Both the position numbers and the translations under genes were made by a program. DNA of 64,000 bases from Adineta vaga (lineage: Eukaryota > Animalia > Rotifera), in assembly GCA_021613535.1 (NCBI GenBank), contig CP075494.1, positions 8,308,001 to 8,372,000 of the forward strand, given 5' to 3'. The notes under the pieces are model-generated. The model saw only the letters and a program-made list of their open reading frames with translations. It ran no database searches and had not been told where the DNA came from. This document shows, piece after piece, positions 42,358 to 54,669 of the stretch (position 1 is its first letter; each line of letters opens with the position of its first letter).

Positions 42358-43810
42358 TCATTTAAGAAATCTTGGTGGAGGACGATTAACAGTAGGCGTC
42401 TGTCCATCATCATCGTCATCATCATCAGTATCACTATCATCGGGATTCGTGTTCAATTGTCGGAATGTATTGGATAAATTATCTCCAATATTAGAAAATA
42501 AACTATTATCACCATGTTGTGAGTGTCGAAAACCATGAGGCAAATGTCTGTCAAATTCCATTAAAGGCATTAATCTTGTAGATCGTTGAAAATGATGATC
42601 ATGATCATATCTGCCTTTAGGAGTTGCACTATACATATCGTACGGATTTTGTTTCGCATCCATTTCCTCTTGTATTTTCTATTGAAATGAGACGAAAAAT
42701 CAAAGAAATTAAAGATAATCTTTTCTTTAAGTAAAACTTTACTTTCAATCTTGCGTATGCTTCCTCGCCATTGTCAAATTTATCTTTAGCTTCAATTAAA
42801 CGACATAGAAATTCATCCACAACTGGTTGTTTTGTTGAACCAACAATAATACGATCAAATAAGTAATTACCAGTATTAGATCTATATACAACAAGTAGTA
42901 ATGGATAATGTTCTGCAGATTCTGTACCAATTTGTTGTTCAATAGTTATTTGTGTGAATGCTTTTTTATACATTTCATTTAACCTGAAATAAATAATAAA
43001 AATATGTTTATTCATTATAATTGCTTGCAATTTTTCTATCAATCTGACGAAATTCAAAAATGCATCATCAAAACTACAACTAGTACTGTTGATGAGTGTG
43101 AAAATTGAATATTATTTAATTCTTCTTACATTTGTCCGTTGGATTCAAATGTGACATCCCATGCCCATAAAACATAATTCATTAATAAATAATCAATAAT
43201 TTTATCATTACATAAGAGTTGTCTACAAAATAAATTCGAATAAAGACTATTATCATTATTCACATAGATCATAAGTGGTCGACGCTAAACAGAAAGCAAT
43301 TCAAATAAAATGAAAAAAAGATAAAGATATATTTCATTTACTTCTTTAATATCATTCAAATCAAATGCTCCTTTTAAAGCATCAGAAAGTGAACCGATAA
43401 AAACGATTGGACATGAATTATATCGACGATTTAAACATGATTTTAAATGTTCAATACCAACTATTTCATCTTTACATCCATCGGGAACTAGAATATCAAA
43501 CTCAAAAGTAGATCGATTTTTCGATTCATTCTTACTTAAATGATCTTCATGTTCGGGTGGTGCATCCATCAATTCATTATAGAATTCATCATCGGTAATA
43601 TCATTACTTTTATTATCATCAGAATCAATGTCATCTTGTTCAATATCGGATTCAACCTGATAAAAAATAAATCAGATCGATAAGAAATTAATCGTTTATT
43701 TACTAATTCAACGGCATCAGTTTTGTTCTAAATAATATCAAAATTAAGCAATCGAATAGTTGAAACATTTGAAAACTTACCGATATCTCATTATCTGCTT
43801 TTTCGGCCAT
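42358..43810 (-). CDS. FAF1-like paralog retaining only the UAS domain, with a novel acidic/His-rich tail
   Basis: PDGCKDEIVGIEHLKSCLNRRY...FIGSL, RRPLMIYVNND...FCRQLLC...NYVLWAWDVT and YPLLLVVYRS parallel the UAS block of the adjacent FAF1. No UBA, UBL or UBX seen. ATG at 43810; stop TGA at 42358-42360. Confidence 0.75.
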
Positions 43811-43978
43811 TTTAAATCAATCTAGAAACAGAAGGTTGATTTATTACATGATAGTTGAGTTTCCTTTTCTTAATTTAATGATTTTATCAATATATGTATA
43901 TATATATATGAGGAAAAAGGAAAACAACTTTTTAAAAATAATAATAATAATAACAACAAACATATCAACATGCTGTTC

Positions 43979-44728
43979 TTATTCAAAGACAACGACCAAA
44001 TCTTCTTTATGAACAATCTTAATTTCTTCAAGTAATAAATGTGATAATTCTGCCGCTGTATGTGTGACAAAATGACATGTCTCTGATGAAATGGGTGGTC
44101 CCGAAAGTAATGAAGGAAGATTATTTACACCAGCATCTGGTAATGAAGGTATTGTAGTTGAAGATAGAGATTTACTTAAAGTTTGTCTTAAATGATCATT
44201 CTGAGAATTAAAACCGTTTGCATTTGCATTTGATGGATGAATACCACTGGCTCCACCATTGCCGACATCAATTAATTTCGATAACATACCTTCAACAATA
44301 AATGCCATTTTAGTTTCTGCAGTTTCAGTTGGTTGAACATCTAAATAAAACGAGAGAAGAAAATCAATGAGATGAATTAATTAAATCTTTATTATCACTA
44401 GTTGTTAGTGTGTCTGGTTTGGGTTCACTAATTGTGACTAATGGTGGAGGAAAAGGTGGATACGAAGATGATTCACCGAATGATTGTGAATTGGAAATTA
44501 CTGGTGTTACAGAAAGATTCTTGCGACTATTTGAATGACTCAAAAGTCTATTTAAATGATGAAAAATAATGAATAGAAGATAGAATAAGAATATTCGATT
44601 ACTTACGGTGTTCGATCAGTAATTTCTGATGAATGCTCTGAATTTCTTATGCCTGTATAATCACCAAGATTTCCATTTGTATGTAATTGATCTTGGCTTT
44701 TTAGACACCACGAACATATATTACCCAT
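43979..44728 (-). CDS. LAMTOR1: Ragulator subunit LAMTOR1/p18, 3 exons
   Basis: N-terminal MGNICSWC (myristoyl/palmitoyl-type), dileucine DRTP|LL, central KLIDV, and C-terminal IKIVHKEDLVVVF matching the p18 tail. Confidence 0.82.
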
Positions 44729-45116
44729 TGATTTAATTTAACCGAAAGATAATAAAAAAATAAAAAGAAAGATTATCGACTTATTCGATTCGTAAGACAA
44801 GACAAACAGCTGTAATAATAATAATAATAATTCAATTCAAGTAGGATTGTGTATGGCTACGATTTCCACGTGATAGTTGTTACGCAAGCAAAAGATGTCG
44901 GTAGAGATCGAATCAAGTGCGCATCAAATTATTTAAATCGAAGAAATTGTCTATATTTTTGTTTATAAATTTAATAAAAATATTTCATTCAAATTAAACA
45001 TCCCTTTTAGTTTCCAAATCGTATCAAATGAACAGTATCATCGTTTATAAACAAAGTTGCTATATATATATATATATATTACTCCGCATCAAGAACTTCT
45101 TCAGACCTGTAAATAC

Positions 45117-45187
45117 TAGCGGCACCACTGGTGGACTACAGAGGGCTCAGTCCCGGCTTTAGAATGAAAATCCTAGCGGTGCCTCTA
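45117..45187. mobile_element. Degenerate 71-bp MITE-like element
   Basis: GC-rich island. The left end TAGCGGCACCACTGG matches the reverse complement of the right end (TAGAGGCACCGCTAG) at 12/15 positions. Internal GGGCTCAGTCCC. No clear TSD. Confidence 0.5.
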
Positions 45188-45537
45188 CTTGCAAATAAAG
45201 ATATCTTTGATCGATATAGTATATATAATTTCAATAGAAGAAGGTGAAGATGAAGGTGAAGGTGTGTGCGTTAATCTTTAAAGATGAAGTCGTCCTCCAA
45301 TAGGCTTTACGAGAAGATTATGTACAACAACACTGAGGATGTACTGAAATTGTATTTCATGTTTTGAAGACAAATTTTGATATACTTTGTACTAGAGTCT
45401 TTTAGAAATAAAATCAAACTAATTCATTCTTTTATTATGTATATTGAATGAAAAGAAATAAAAAGAAAAGAATCGAGATTTGAAAATTAAAAAGTTTATA
45501 TTATTTCAATGTTATAATGCTTCGTTGTTTTTTTTAT

Positions 45538-45696
45538 CTATTTCGGTGCTTCCGTTTTTGATAGAGCAGCACTAGCACCTCGTGGACATTTACATCGGTC
45601 ATCGATAGGTACATCTTTTAATGCTTGTTCAATATGTTGTCCACAACCTTTCCATGTTGGTTTGCCACATGTATCGCAATCCGTTTTCATACACAT
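45538..45696 (-). CDS. 52-aa intronless Cys/His microprotein (CxxC-WxGCGxH-CxC, putative zinc-binding); not in the ORF track
   Basis: Translation is MCMKTDCDTCGKPTWKGCGQHIEQALKDVPIDDRCKCPRGASAALSKTEAPK*. A-rich start context (AACAATG), an upstream TATA element and a downstream minus-strand AATAAA-like tract. Confidence 0.8.
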   Translation of the reverse strand: MCMKTDCDTCGKPTWKGCGQHIEQALKDVPIDDRCKCPRGASAALSKTEAPK

Positions 45697-45807
45697 TGTT
45701 TAACGTAAGTAGTCGTAAGTGTTTGAATAAAATTTAAAATAAAACTTCTTCTTCTTCTTTTTTCTCTGATGCAGTAGTCAGCAGTATGCTCGTTTAGTTT
45801 ACGATGT

Positions 45808-45815
45808 TATATAAA
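45808..45815 (-). promoter_or_regulatory. TATA-like element upstream of the 52-aa microprotein
   Basis: Minus strand reads TTTATATAA about 110 nt upstream of the ATG at 45696. Confidence 0.4.
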
Positions 45816-46365
45816 GGATAGAAAGAAGAAAAGAACACAACATGTCAGTGCCCCATTTTTTCCATTCTTCTCTGCCGATAGGGGTAGTATGAAATGAGAC
45901 ATTACAAAGATGCAATTATTATAGAGGAGAAAAAAAGAGGTCGTTTACCCTTGGATTATGACTGACGACATAATAAATTTGTAGATTATATCTCGGAAAA
46001 TTACAGAACGAAAGTAAAATCTTTTTTCTCGGCTATTTTTTCTTCACTTAAAAACGATAGTAATAAACGATAATCATGCAAGGAAGGAATAAGAAAGAAT
46101 TATGGTTCGTTCAAATTTTCAATGGATTCATTATACCGAAGCAAAACTGATTAAGTCTTTCAGATCTATCACCGGTTGTTTTTCAAAAGCACAAAAAAGC
46201 AACTGTGGTTCTATTCACAAAGAGTTCCTCGTTTGTTTTTCTACACGATTCAATCAAAGAATATTTTAATTGAGAATGTTAAGAAAATTCTGAAGATTTG
46301 TTTATTTGAATAAAGATTAATATTAAGAAGAAAAAATACGAATGTATTGTGTACAAAACATTTGT

Positions 46366-46834
46366 TCAGAACCAATCAAGATCTGGTATATCAGCAAATG
46401 AGAAATTCTTATCACCTTTCCATGCCCAATAAGCAATACGTAAATGATAAAAGCCAGGCAAAAATACCAATGCTCCAATAACTATTAATGGCCATGTACG
46501 ATCGCTATACTAGAAAAAGAAAAAAAAAGATTTCTTATTCAATAACTAGAAACAAAAGATATACTTGTGTTTCAATTCGACCAGTTAACATTAGTGCACC
46601 TAATGTAATCATCACTGTTCCAATAAGAAATAGAGCTGTAGCTAAAATAATAGCATGTATAGGTATTTTTGCTGGTGTTTCTTTGAACTAAAAGATATAA
46701 ACAATAATAACGACATGCATAGTTATACATCTTCGATGGTTGATTTACCTGTAAATCTGTATATTGTTTCTCTTCTTGAAGTCGATAGTATGATGAAGCT
46801 GTTTCGTCATCTTTCTTCGGCTTAAAGATATGTC
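46366..46834 (-). CDS. TMEM230: Transmembrane protein 230 (start codon lies further upstream, unresolved)
   Basis: YTDLQ|[23 protein letters not shown]...[41 protein letters not shown]. Stop TGA at 46366-46368. One possible first exon starts at 46953. Confidence 0.88.
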
Positions 46835-48049
46835 TAAATAAGCATAATAGGATACATGCATATATGCGTGCTAGATTAGCTTATTATAAATTATTAGAAT
46901 GTTTTCCTATAACCAAATCGAGTAAGTTACAAAGCATGAATGCAGATGAGCATCGATAGCACAGCGTTTACCTTGTAAAACGATATACTGAGGTACTTTA
47001 AAGAGAATCAGTGATAGACTTTACATAGGCGGCTAGCAGTAGAAATTGATAAGTGAAATATTGATCTTACCTTATTGGACTTCTGAACCGCTAAAGTACA
47101 AAAAAACAACAAATGATATTTTCTTTAATAATCGAGAAAATCAAAAAGAAACTGAACAGATGGATCTTTATCTTCTTTTAAAATCCACTATCAGTAAATT
47201 TGGATCATTTGAACTTGCTTTGTTGATAAAAGTCTCAATATACTTTATTTTATTATTGAATTAGATGTATATATTGAACTCTGGTAAATAATTTTATCGA
47301 GAAAAACACGTATTGCAAATATACGGTATCATTTACAGGTATTTATTGGAAAAATGTAAGTTACTGACAGATACTTTTGACATGTCTATCGTAAGAAAAC
47401 ATACATGTACTATGTACGTAATATAATTTATCATAAACGATTGAATCTTACCGGTTTTTTCTTATCTTTATGAACATTTAAGTTAGAATTTTGTTTTTCT
47501 TCTAATTCAATATTTGCTGGCGAAATCACTTCTGTTGGTTGCATATTTACAGAAAATCTCGATGAACTTAATCACTTGTTTTACATACACATACAAATTA
47601 TAGATATCTAAAACAAAATTAGAATTGAAATTTTTTCTTCATAGAAACAAAAGAAAAAACAAAGATGATTCATTCTTCTGCTTTTCAAAAAGAAACAAGA
47701 AAAGAAAAAACTACTGCACACACGATAAAATTGAAGAAGGAAGAAAACACGCATTGAAGCAAAGCAAAAACGAAAAAAAGAATTGTTGTATGTTATCACA
47801 TCACAACGAAGAAATACATATGTTTGTTTGACTAGGAAATATAGAAGATATAAAGCACAACACCACACACACACACACGCATACAAATAAATGAATTGTT
47901 TCTCGGAAACACACAACGAATATCTGACAGTGAAGGGAGAAAAAGGGATGCAAAGCAAAAGAAAAGAAAAACGTCATTTGTTTATAAATGAGAGAAAGAG
48001 CAGAAATGACTTAATGAATATTGCCAAATATGACTTTAAAAAAACAAAT

Positions 48050-49349
48050 CTACATGAGCACACACATTCGTTTCCCACTACGTTTTCCACCTTGACCTCG
48101 ACCATCTTTTGCAGAAGATTTCCCACCACTTGTTGTATTTCCATTTTTATTCTTCCGACCTTTTCGATCTTTACGTGTACGTTCCTTCTACAAATGAAAG
48201 ATAAATTGTCATATCTTCATAAAAACACATTTTCTTATATCCTTACATATTTTCTTATTTCTCGTACAAGTGTATAGAAAGCGTCTTCAACACCTTGCCG
48301 AGTTTTTGCTGATGTCTGAACAAATGGCATTGATAATGATGCTGCAAAGTCTTTTGCGTAAGATAAATCAATTGTTCGTGTTGGTAGATCTATCTTGTTA
48401 CCCACCACTAAATGAATCGATTCTTTATTTACTTAATTTAATCATTTTCAATAATACTTACAAACCATTGGAATATCATCAGCATCTTTAACACGTTTGA
48501 TCTAAATAAATAAATGTATATATATATATATAAACATAGATTATAAATTCGAATTGTATTTGTTTATTAGTGATCATTTTGTTAAATTCTACTCAATCGA
48601 AGCGTAATTATTGATAAGCTAAAAGCTTAAAATAGAGCTAAGAAACGATTACTATTCATTTTATTGATTGATGCTCATACAAAATCTTGTATACCAACGA
48701 AATCCAAACGGATATTCAATATATATTATATATCAGATGTGAATTGTTCACCTGTTCACGATATTGTTTGATTTCTTCAAATGATTTCGCGCTATTAACG
48801 GCAAACACACATAAAAAACCTTCGCCACCACGCATATATTGATCACGCATAGCACTTAAATTAAACAGAAATGATTTGATCATGATTTCAAATCATATAC
48901 AAACCTATATTCTTCCTGACCGGCTGTGTCCTAATAAAAGAAAAGAAATTAATTTTCATCAAATATATTAATGTAAATTCTTCATACAAGAATATCAAGT
49001 AAACATGTTTCTCCATCTACAACAGCTTGCTTTCGATATGAATCCTCTAAATAAACCGACATACGTAGATGTATTAAAAACGATAAACTAAACACCAATT
49101 CATACCAATAGTTGGATCATACTCATCAATAAAGCTAAAGGAAAAAAAACAATAGTTAAATAATAAATTATGTGTTTTTATTCATAAAATATGAACGTAC
49201 TGATTTTGGATCAGTTGAATTGTCAGTGCACTTTTGCCCACGCCGCCAGCTTTTTTATAGAAAAAAAAAACAACAATAATAAGCAATTGTTTGCTTTTTT
49301 TATTCTTAGTAAATTTACCACCAACGACGACGAGCTTATATTCGGTCAT
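48050..49349 (-). CDS. RAS: Ras GTPase (KRAS/let-60-like), about 9 short exons
   Basis: [10 protein letters not shown]|[60 protein letters not shown], a polybasic tail and CaaX CVLM*. Confidence 0.96.
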
Positions 49350-50513
49350 GACCTGACTTCGTAAATGTTTTGTTGTCTTTTTTTTTTACAAGATCAAGAA
49401 AATATCGAACAGAACTATATGTATATAAATGAACACAGTATTGATTGCAAGCTGGATATATAGCGAGAGAAAGAACGAGAAGATGCACTAACACACTTCG
49501 ACTTCCCGGAAGAATGAAAAAAAAACGATAGATACATACATGCATCTAACAACAGGAAACTATTTTTAAGCGAAGCGCTACTTGCATCGAGTTTGACATA
49601 GAACAGGACATTACTCTTTTATTGTATTGGAAGATACGATTAGCATATGAAAAACAGGACAGATGTCACTCGTTTGTATTTGAATAATCATTGTCTGTCT
49701 TGTCTTCTACTTCCCACCTCCACAGTATGACCTTATATTTTGTTCGGAATCATTAAAAACTGCTCAAAACAAAATAAATATGCACATATCAATTATTAAT
49801 AAAAAATGGCACTTACCAGACGTGATGGATCATTATAGAAAAGAAATATTTTCTGCCGGATAATAGAGTACTAGTCATAAGATCGAATCGCACGAACAGT
49901 TTCATGAACAAATATACTACTAGAGCAGGTTCATATGAAATAGCGTACTATTCATCATCACCACCATTTTTATCAATTTGATTTCAAGAACAAATCGGCG
50001 ATATAAAATCCTCAAATATTTCTATACAATTGTCATCACGATAGTTAGATAGAGCGACATTATCAGTACCATATTTGATTTAATTCATATTTTCAACTAA
50101 TGAAAGTACATAGGTGTATTGATTAAACCTTTCTACAATGTAAAATCTACCTGTTGAAGACTGTATTTATGATAGGATTCAACTTTCCAAGATGGGAATG
50201 AAAACTAATGTGTTTTCGTTCGAGCATACGAATAATTGGTTCTTCAAGCGTATTTATTCAATCTTCTCGATCTGTCTCAACATTATCGAGTACAATTATA
50301 TTGACAGTCAGATACTAGATGTATTACATTTTGATGGAAAAGATTGTTTCATTGCTTCAAGCTAAGTCTTTTGATATTTATTTTAAAATAGAATCGAACG
50401 AAAGGTTGTTTTACATATTTGTTTCACAATAAAAGATCACTCTACAACATAAAATCTCATGATTAAAAGTGTATACTCTTGATAAAATCAATGAAAAGGA
50501 TAAGCTAATTTAA

Positions 50514-52724
50514 TTAAAGTACGCGATCAGCAATAAACATTTGACAAAGTGCTGGAATAGGACGACCTGTTGGTGAATGAGGTAATTCACCGCCACTACC
50601 AGCAATATCCAAATGTGTATAACGTAAAGGATTTGCAGAATTGCGACCGTGATTATCTAAACCAGATACTCTTGCAAGAAAAGCAGCAGGAAATTGATGA
50701 CCACGGGATGTAGCACTGCTTGCTTCATTGTTACATTGTAAAACGTCAGCTGTTTCACTTTCATCAGCAATAAATGCAAAGTCCTAAATAACAGAAAGAG
50801 ATGAACAGCAAGATAAACTAGAATAATAACACGAACTTCACGTCGGACAGTTGAAATTTCGAATGGATCTCCAACTTCATCACCAGCTGCTTGTAATTTT
50901 TGAGAGGTTTCATTATCTCGCGCAGGTCCATTATCAACTGCCGCCTAAATTCAAGTATCGAATTCTTCAAAACTTTTCTTTTCTTATCATTCAAATTACC
51001 GTATAATTGGTTCCATAGGCACGAATTACATGTCCCGTTAATGTTGCCATGGTGAATAAATGTGGATTCACTTCTTTGGCAGCAAGTTCTTTAATGTAGC
51101 ACAATGGATCAACCATAACCATGCGACCTAATAATCAATTTATAACTATGAACATTTGTCTTTTCTCTTTTTCTTGCTAATAGTTTACCTTCAGCATCTG
51201 TATTTCCAATTCGAACGCGAACACCACCTCTTGATGTTATGACTTCATCGGCTGTATATCCTTCTTCACCACAATTATTGCGTGCTACAGCTAAAACACC
51301 GATCGCTTTGAATTGTTTTGGTTTCAATTCAGAGAGAACTTTGAAAAAGCCAGTTACATTGGCAGCACCACACTTGTCATAAGACATTCCAGCCTATGAG
51401 ATTCAAGATTTATAGAAGAAAAATAAACACAGATATTTCATTTTACCATATGACCACCGGCTAAAACAAATGAACAAAAACCAGCATGTAAAAGTTTCCG
51501 CATACGAAGCAAATTCTTTCACATACCTTTGATATCAAGACCACCGGTATCAAAAGTAATTCCTTTACCAACTAATAATGCAGTTGTATTGATTTCACCT
51601 TCACCTTTATATTCAAGAAAAATCAAACGTCCATTATGACGATCAACAGCTAAAATAAATACAATATAAGTATACCGGATATAAATATAGGTTTTCTATC
51701 ACTTACAACTTGAAGCTCGATTAACAGCAGCAAATAAAGGAAAGTTTTTTTCAAATTCCTTTTTGTCTTTGACTACATCTACCTACAATGATTTGAATAA
51801 TATAAAACGAAAAAAAACAGTGAATCTTTGCTATTTACTTTAACACCAGATGATTTGCCAAATAATTCCTGGACATATTCAGCAACACGTGGTGGTGCCA
51901 TACGTTCTGGATCAGCTCCACCAATATCTCGACCAACTGCACGGCCAAATTCAATTGCTCGTGCATAATCAATTAATTTTTGATCAGCATCATGATTTGG
52001 TGATGCTTGACCAATAAAGAATCCTAATTTGTCAACTTTAGTTCTTCGCTCTGGTACTTCTTCACGAACTTGTAATGGCTAAAAAACAAAAATTTTTTTC
52101 CAATAAAACAAAAATGTATGTTTGTTCTTTGCTTCCTACCACATAAGTTGCTTCGAGTGCTGCAAGTAATGTTACTAAATTTGCTTGTCGGTACCGTTTT
52201 GATCCAAAACTAGCAATAAGAGGAGATCGAGCTCCAATTCCTATTGCTTTCTTTACACCAGCTAATGCAGCATCGGCAAACCGACGCACATCATCATGAT
52301 CTCGGTCAACTGCACCAGTTGGTGAAAAGATCTAGATAAGATATTATTTATCTAACTTTTATCTCGTCTTTTTATATACCCACCAAACGTTTGCCCGGAA
52401 CATTTTCATGGACAGAAACTGTTATATCATTGTTAAAACTATTATTTATCTAAAATATAATTCATGTTTTATTTTCAAAAAGAATTTTGTCTTTTCATTG
52501 TACTTCACGATGTGATTGAAGATGTCTTGTCACTGCATTATCAAGATATTCCGTGATTTCTTCCAATTGTGTTGCTACAACGACTAATGCATCGTAATCA
52601 TTCAAGGATGATGAAAGATTTTTTACTAATTGAACATCACTAGAAGGAAAAACACAAGCAATTTCGAAGATCAATTTTCAATTCCTCTTTCGTACACGGC
52701 AGTCGCTATTTGAATCGGAGCCAT
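50514..52724 (-). CDS. M17 leucine aminopeptidase (W07G4.4-like subgroup)
   Basis: DIGGADPERM, LVGKGITFDTGGLDIK|AGGHM|AGMSYDKCGAA, VRIGNTDAEGRM, ATLTGH, RGHQFPAAFL and YTHLDIAGS. TATAAA about 75 nt upstream of the ATG on the minus strand. Confidence 0.92.
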
Positions 52725-53251
52725 TTGTTAAAAGATCGTTACAATCTTCAAATATAAAATGGTGAAGTGCAAGTAAAGTTACATTTATTTAGGCGTATTT
52801 ATACCGTCCTAAAGAACGAAAGAAAGAGAGAAAAATAAATATACGAAGTAGTTTCTTTCTCTCGACCGTCTACAGAAAAACGTTATTTCTTTTCTAAAGT
52901 AAATAGAAATGAGAGGTTAAAATACAAACTTTTTTTTTATCATCATTGAAACTTATTATATTCATCATTATCGTGCATTAAAGCAAAGAAAAGATAAACG
53001 ACTATATGAGAAAGCATTATTTGGTTCATTTCAATTCGTACATGTGACATGGCCTAATATCTGTTTTTCTTTCATAAACAAATGACGTGGCCTGATACCT
53101 GTTTTTCTCTCAGAAACAAAGAACAGATCAATTTATATCTTGTATAAATATATATATATATATAAACGCATCATTTTCTTTTACGAAAAAAACAATTGTA
53201 ATAAACCTAATTTGAACAAAGGATGAAGAACAAAAAGACACAACTACCATT

Positions 53252-54544
53252 CTATGGTAAAAACACGCGTTGATAGGATTCAATAGGTGTACGACAAATT
53301 GGACATAATTCTTCTCTACGACTTCTTGATTGTAAAGTTTGAGCACATGAATAACATAAACCTAAATGTGAACATGGTTGAAGACTATATTTAATTTCAT
53401 TTTCCAAACAAATAATACAATGAAGTTGAGTCGTCGAGGGACGATCAATTTCAGCTGCATAATTAGGTCGTGGGCGACGTTGTCGAGTAGAATAATATTT
53501 GTATAATAAATAAGCACCTGTACCGAGAGCAGCAATGCCAAAACATATACTTAGAATTCGAGCTAATGAAGAACTATCTTTATAATCAGATATAATTTCT
53601 TCACGTGATGATCGTGTTAGTATTCCACCCCATTGTTCATGTGGAACAAGATGCCAAATACCATCCAAACGTTTTTCAAGACGGCCAACACCGGTTAATG
53701 GTAAATCAAGTAATAACATTTGTTCGGTCGTTTCAATTCCTAAAATTCCAAGTAAGTTTAATTATAAAATTGTTTTGTTTATTTCGTTTTTCTTTCTTTA
53801 CCCGCTGATAAATCTCCTAGAAACATATCAACAACTCGTCGAAATGACGAAGTTGTATTTGGTTCAAATTTAACATGAGTAACATCTAATTGTTCAAGAA
53901 CAGAATCAAATGCTAATGGTTTATCAATTCGAATATAATTTCCTGTTTGTGATGTTAATCGAAATGGTACATAACGTGTTAATTCACTGATTGTTTTATT
54001 TGTTTCTGCCCTGTATTTTCAAATAATTTATTAAATATAAAACATCTTTACTTAACATTATAGATTTACCAAATGCTTCGAAATTTTTCAAGTTTCTTTT
54101 CACGTATAGTTAAACGATGAATTACACCGAGACAATGTGGAAGAAATTGAGATGTTATGATTGAATTTGGTTTCGAGTCAATTCGTCGAACAAAACCATG
54201 AACAACAGCATAATCAATCGATGTTGTTGAAGCAGCATATTGTTTTAAATCATTGATATCAATATCAGGTGCGACCTAAATGATCATTAGGTTGAAAACT
54301 CCATCAAGCTACACGGTTTCTATTCGAGTCGAGTTCAGCTCTCATGAAATTCATATCTCCGTCTGTTCATATCAATACTTATCAAACGAAATCATTTCTT
54401 CATTTTATTTTCTACGAGAAACTAAAATGCACACGTATGTACCGCAAGAACAGCCAAAAATTTATCATCCGATTTCCACCATCGATAGAATCCATACGAT
54501 ATTCCAAGTTCTCCAACGACCCAAAGCCAATTCCAATCGATCAT
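53252..54544 (-). CDS. MUL1: Mitochondrial E3 ligase MUL1/MAPL (TM1, GIDE domain, TM2, C3HC4 RING)
   Basis: TM1 is MIDWNWLWVVGELGISYGFYRWW. GIDE-like IDYAVVHG...VPFRL...TEQMLLLDLPLTGVGRL, then TM2 and RING CIIC...CSHLGLCYSC...CPICR...RVFLP*. Confidence 0.85.
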
Positions 54545-54669
54545 TGTCTGCAATACATAGAGAGAGAAAATTGATGAAAAAATCCGTTTTTTTAACATCA
54601 CAAAACAAGACAACTGTGCTGTTTTATTTTTTACTCCAAACAAATAACAAAAACCAACGGAAAACTACA

